NCBI RefSeq assembly: GCF_009914755.1
Contig: NC_060929.1
Reading direction: 5' to 3' (one strand)
Source: the human T2T-CHM13v2.0 reference genome, Homo sapiens
DNA: 64,000 nt
Shown here: one piece after another, positions 62,195-64,000 of the stretch
Numbering within the stretch: position 1 is the stretch's first letter
How the letters are laid out: every line of letters begins with the position of its first letter
Translations under genes and position numbers: made by a program
The notes under the pieces: generated by a model
What the model was told of the DNA's origin: nothing
What the model saw: only the letters and a program-made list of their open reading frames with translations
Databases searched by the model: none

Positions 62195-62470
62195 GCTTGG
62201 GTGAGGTGGCTCACATCTGTAATCCCAGCACTTTGGGAAGCTGAGATGGAAGAATTCCTTGAAGCCAGGAGTTCGAGACCAGCCTGAGCAATATAGCAAG
62301 ATCCCATCTCTAAAAAAAAAAAAAAAAAAACTCCAGGTGTGGTGGAGGCTGAGGCAGGAGGATCACTTGAGCCCAGGAGTTTGACACTGCAGTGACCTCT
62401 GATGGCACAACTGCACTCCAGCCTAGGCAACAAAGTGAGACCCTGTCTCAAAAACAAACAAACAAAAAAA
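62195..62470 (+). mobile_element. Alu (AluJ-like) with a right-arm deletion, inserted in a MIR
   Basis: Dimer with long A linker; right arm jumps ggtgtggtgg to aggctgagg; MIR-like flanks at ~62065-62190 and ~62470-62590. Confidence 0.92.
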
Positions 62471-63043
62471 TAGATAAGAAATCGAGGCTCAGATTGGAGA
62501 AGGGCTTGGCAAGTGCAGGAAGCTGGTAAGCTGGTAGTGACTGCCCTTCATATAGGAGACTACAAACGCCAAGTGCTCACTTTCAACACCTCTCCCCACC
62601 TGGAGTGTTGGTGTGTGCCCCAATTCCCATTGATATGACCTAAGGGGGATCTCTTGGGGGATTGTATGAAGATTGACTCCCTAAGAGGGATCATCTCACT
62701 TTTCTTCATTGCACATGCTCACCCTTCCCATGACATTTGGAGCTGTTGCATCATTCCACAGCCACGATGGCAAACATCATCAACTACCACTATTGGGATC
62801 AACTGTCTACTCAAGCTACAGAAGCACTGTTGTGTTGATACACAAAGGAAGAGGGACAAACAGGTAGAGGCACGTCCTATGACTCTGACCCACTCCGAAG
62901 CAGCCCTCCAGTGTCTGTATTGGCAAAGAGCAAAGGGAGCTGCTGCAAAGTAGAAATGTGGCTTCAAAGCCCCAGCCACAGCATCACGGAGCAGAACACA
63001 GAAAGGAGTACTTGAAGCATTAGACAATAAGAAGTGCAAAGGG

Positions 63044-63488
63044 TATGCTAACTTTCTAGGGCTGCCATAACAAATTACCTCAAATTAGGTGACTTAAAAT
63101 AACTGGAATTTATTCTCTCACAGTTTTTGAGGCCAGACATCTGAAATCAAGATGTTGATAGTGTCATGCTCCCGCGGGAGGCTGTAGAGAAAAATCTTTC
63201 CTTGCCTTTTCTGGCTTCTAGTGGTAGCTGGCAGTCCTTGGCATTTGTTGGCCTGTAGCTACATTGATCCCATTTCTGCCTCTGTCCACATGGCCATCTT
63301 CCTTTTGTGTGACCGTGTCTTCCCCTGGCCTTCTAATAAGGATATCAGTTATTAGACACTCTAATTTAATATAATCTCATTTTAACTAATGAGCATCTAC
63401 CAAATAAAGACCTATTTCCAAATAAAGTCAAATCCTGTGATCCCATGTGGACAAAAATTGTGGAGGGGACACTGTTGAACCTAGTACA
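63044..63488 (-). mobile_element. MaLR LTR (MLT1A-D-like)
   Basis: ctagggctgccataacaaattacc...tattctctcacagt...ctgaaatcaagatgt...ctatttccaaataaagtca...ggggacactgttgaacctagtaca; TSD AAGGG/AAGGC. Confidence 0.85.
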
Positions 63489-63645
63489 AAGGCTTTAGTC
63501 TTTTATGGCAGGGTTGGAAGCTAGGAGGAGCCCAGGGCTGGAGTGAGACTTCATTCACTGGATGATCTGTCTGAGTAAGTGGTCAATAGGATAGCAGATC
63601 CCAAGAAAAGAGGCATTTGCATTTCTCTAAGAATACAAAGCACTT

Positions 63646-63818
63646 GGATGACGGGAGGGAGAGCATCAGGAAAAATAGCTAAGGGATGCTGGGCTTAATA
63701 CCTAGGTGACGGGATGATCTGTGCGGATCTGTGAGCAAGCCACTATGGCACACATTTACTTACGTAATAAATCTGCACATCCTGCACATGTACCATTGAA
63801 CTTAAAAGTTGAAAAAAT
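63646..63818 (+). mobile_element. Very short 5'-truncated L1PA (L1PA8-13-like) 3' end
   Basis: gggagagcatcaggaaaaatagctaa...gggcttaatacctaggtga...ctgcacatcctgcacatgtacc; TSD AGAATACAAAGC(A/T)CTT at 63630-63645 and 63819-63834. Confidence 0.9.
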
Positions 63819-63920
63819 AGAATACAAAGCTCTTCCTGACTGCTCAAAGCTCAAGGTGTTGCCTTTTTCAAATGGGATGCAATAGCCTACTCATTTTCCA
63901 AGATTAAAGCTAGAGAGAAG

Positions 63921-63934
63921 AATGAATGAATGAA

Positions 63935-63973
<39 letters not shown>

Positions 63974-63975
63974 AT
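63921..63975. repeat. Compound tetranucleotide STR (AATG)3(AATA)10
   Basis: Uninterrupted repeat read directly. Confidence 0.95.
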
Positions 63976-64000
63976 GAGCAAAGTTAATATTAGCTGGAAA

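Overview
Primate (human-like) genomic DNA: AT-rich, CpG-poor and dominated by transposable-element fossils. I see no host protein-coding exon, RNA gene, CpG island or CRISPR-like array; every recognisable long ORF is L1 ORF1/ORF2, Alu or MaLR-derived. Main elements: a full-length L1PB (-, ~6.58-13.14 kb, exact 13-bp TSD) and a near-full-length L1MA2-like element (+, ~17.4-24.7 kb, most of the endonuclease deleted), both inserted in one ancient L1M; a twin-primed 5'-inverted young L1PA (38.96-41.89 kb); a truncated L1PA7/8-like copy (48.3-50.4 kb); about 12 Alu/FLAM copies; solo MST, MLT1, MLT2 and LTR1-like LTRs; and a complete THE1 element nested in an MST LTR nested in an L1M. I found no evidence of a new gene system. 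The most unusual signals are mutational: several short templated inverted insertions (template-switch/TMEJ-like scars), a probable ~100-bp gene-conversion tract between two L1PA copies 9.4 kb apart, an odd 27-bp inverted L1 endonuclease piece at an L1 5' junction, a three-armed Alu, and repeat-free islands with NF-kB/ETS/RUNX motif clusters. Subfamily names are from recalled consensus features, not a RepeatMasker run, and boundaries of old elements are approximate.
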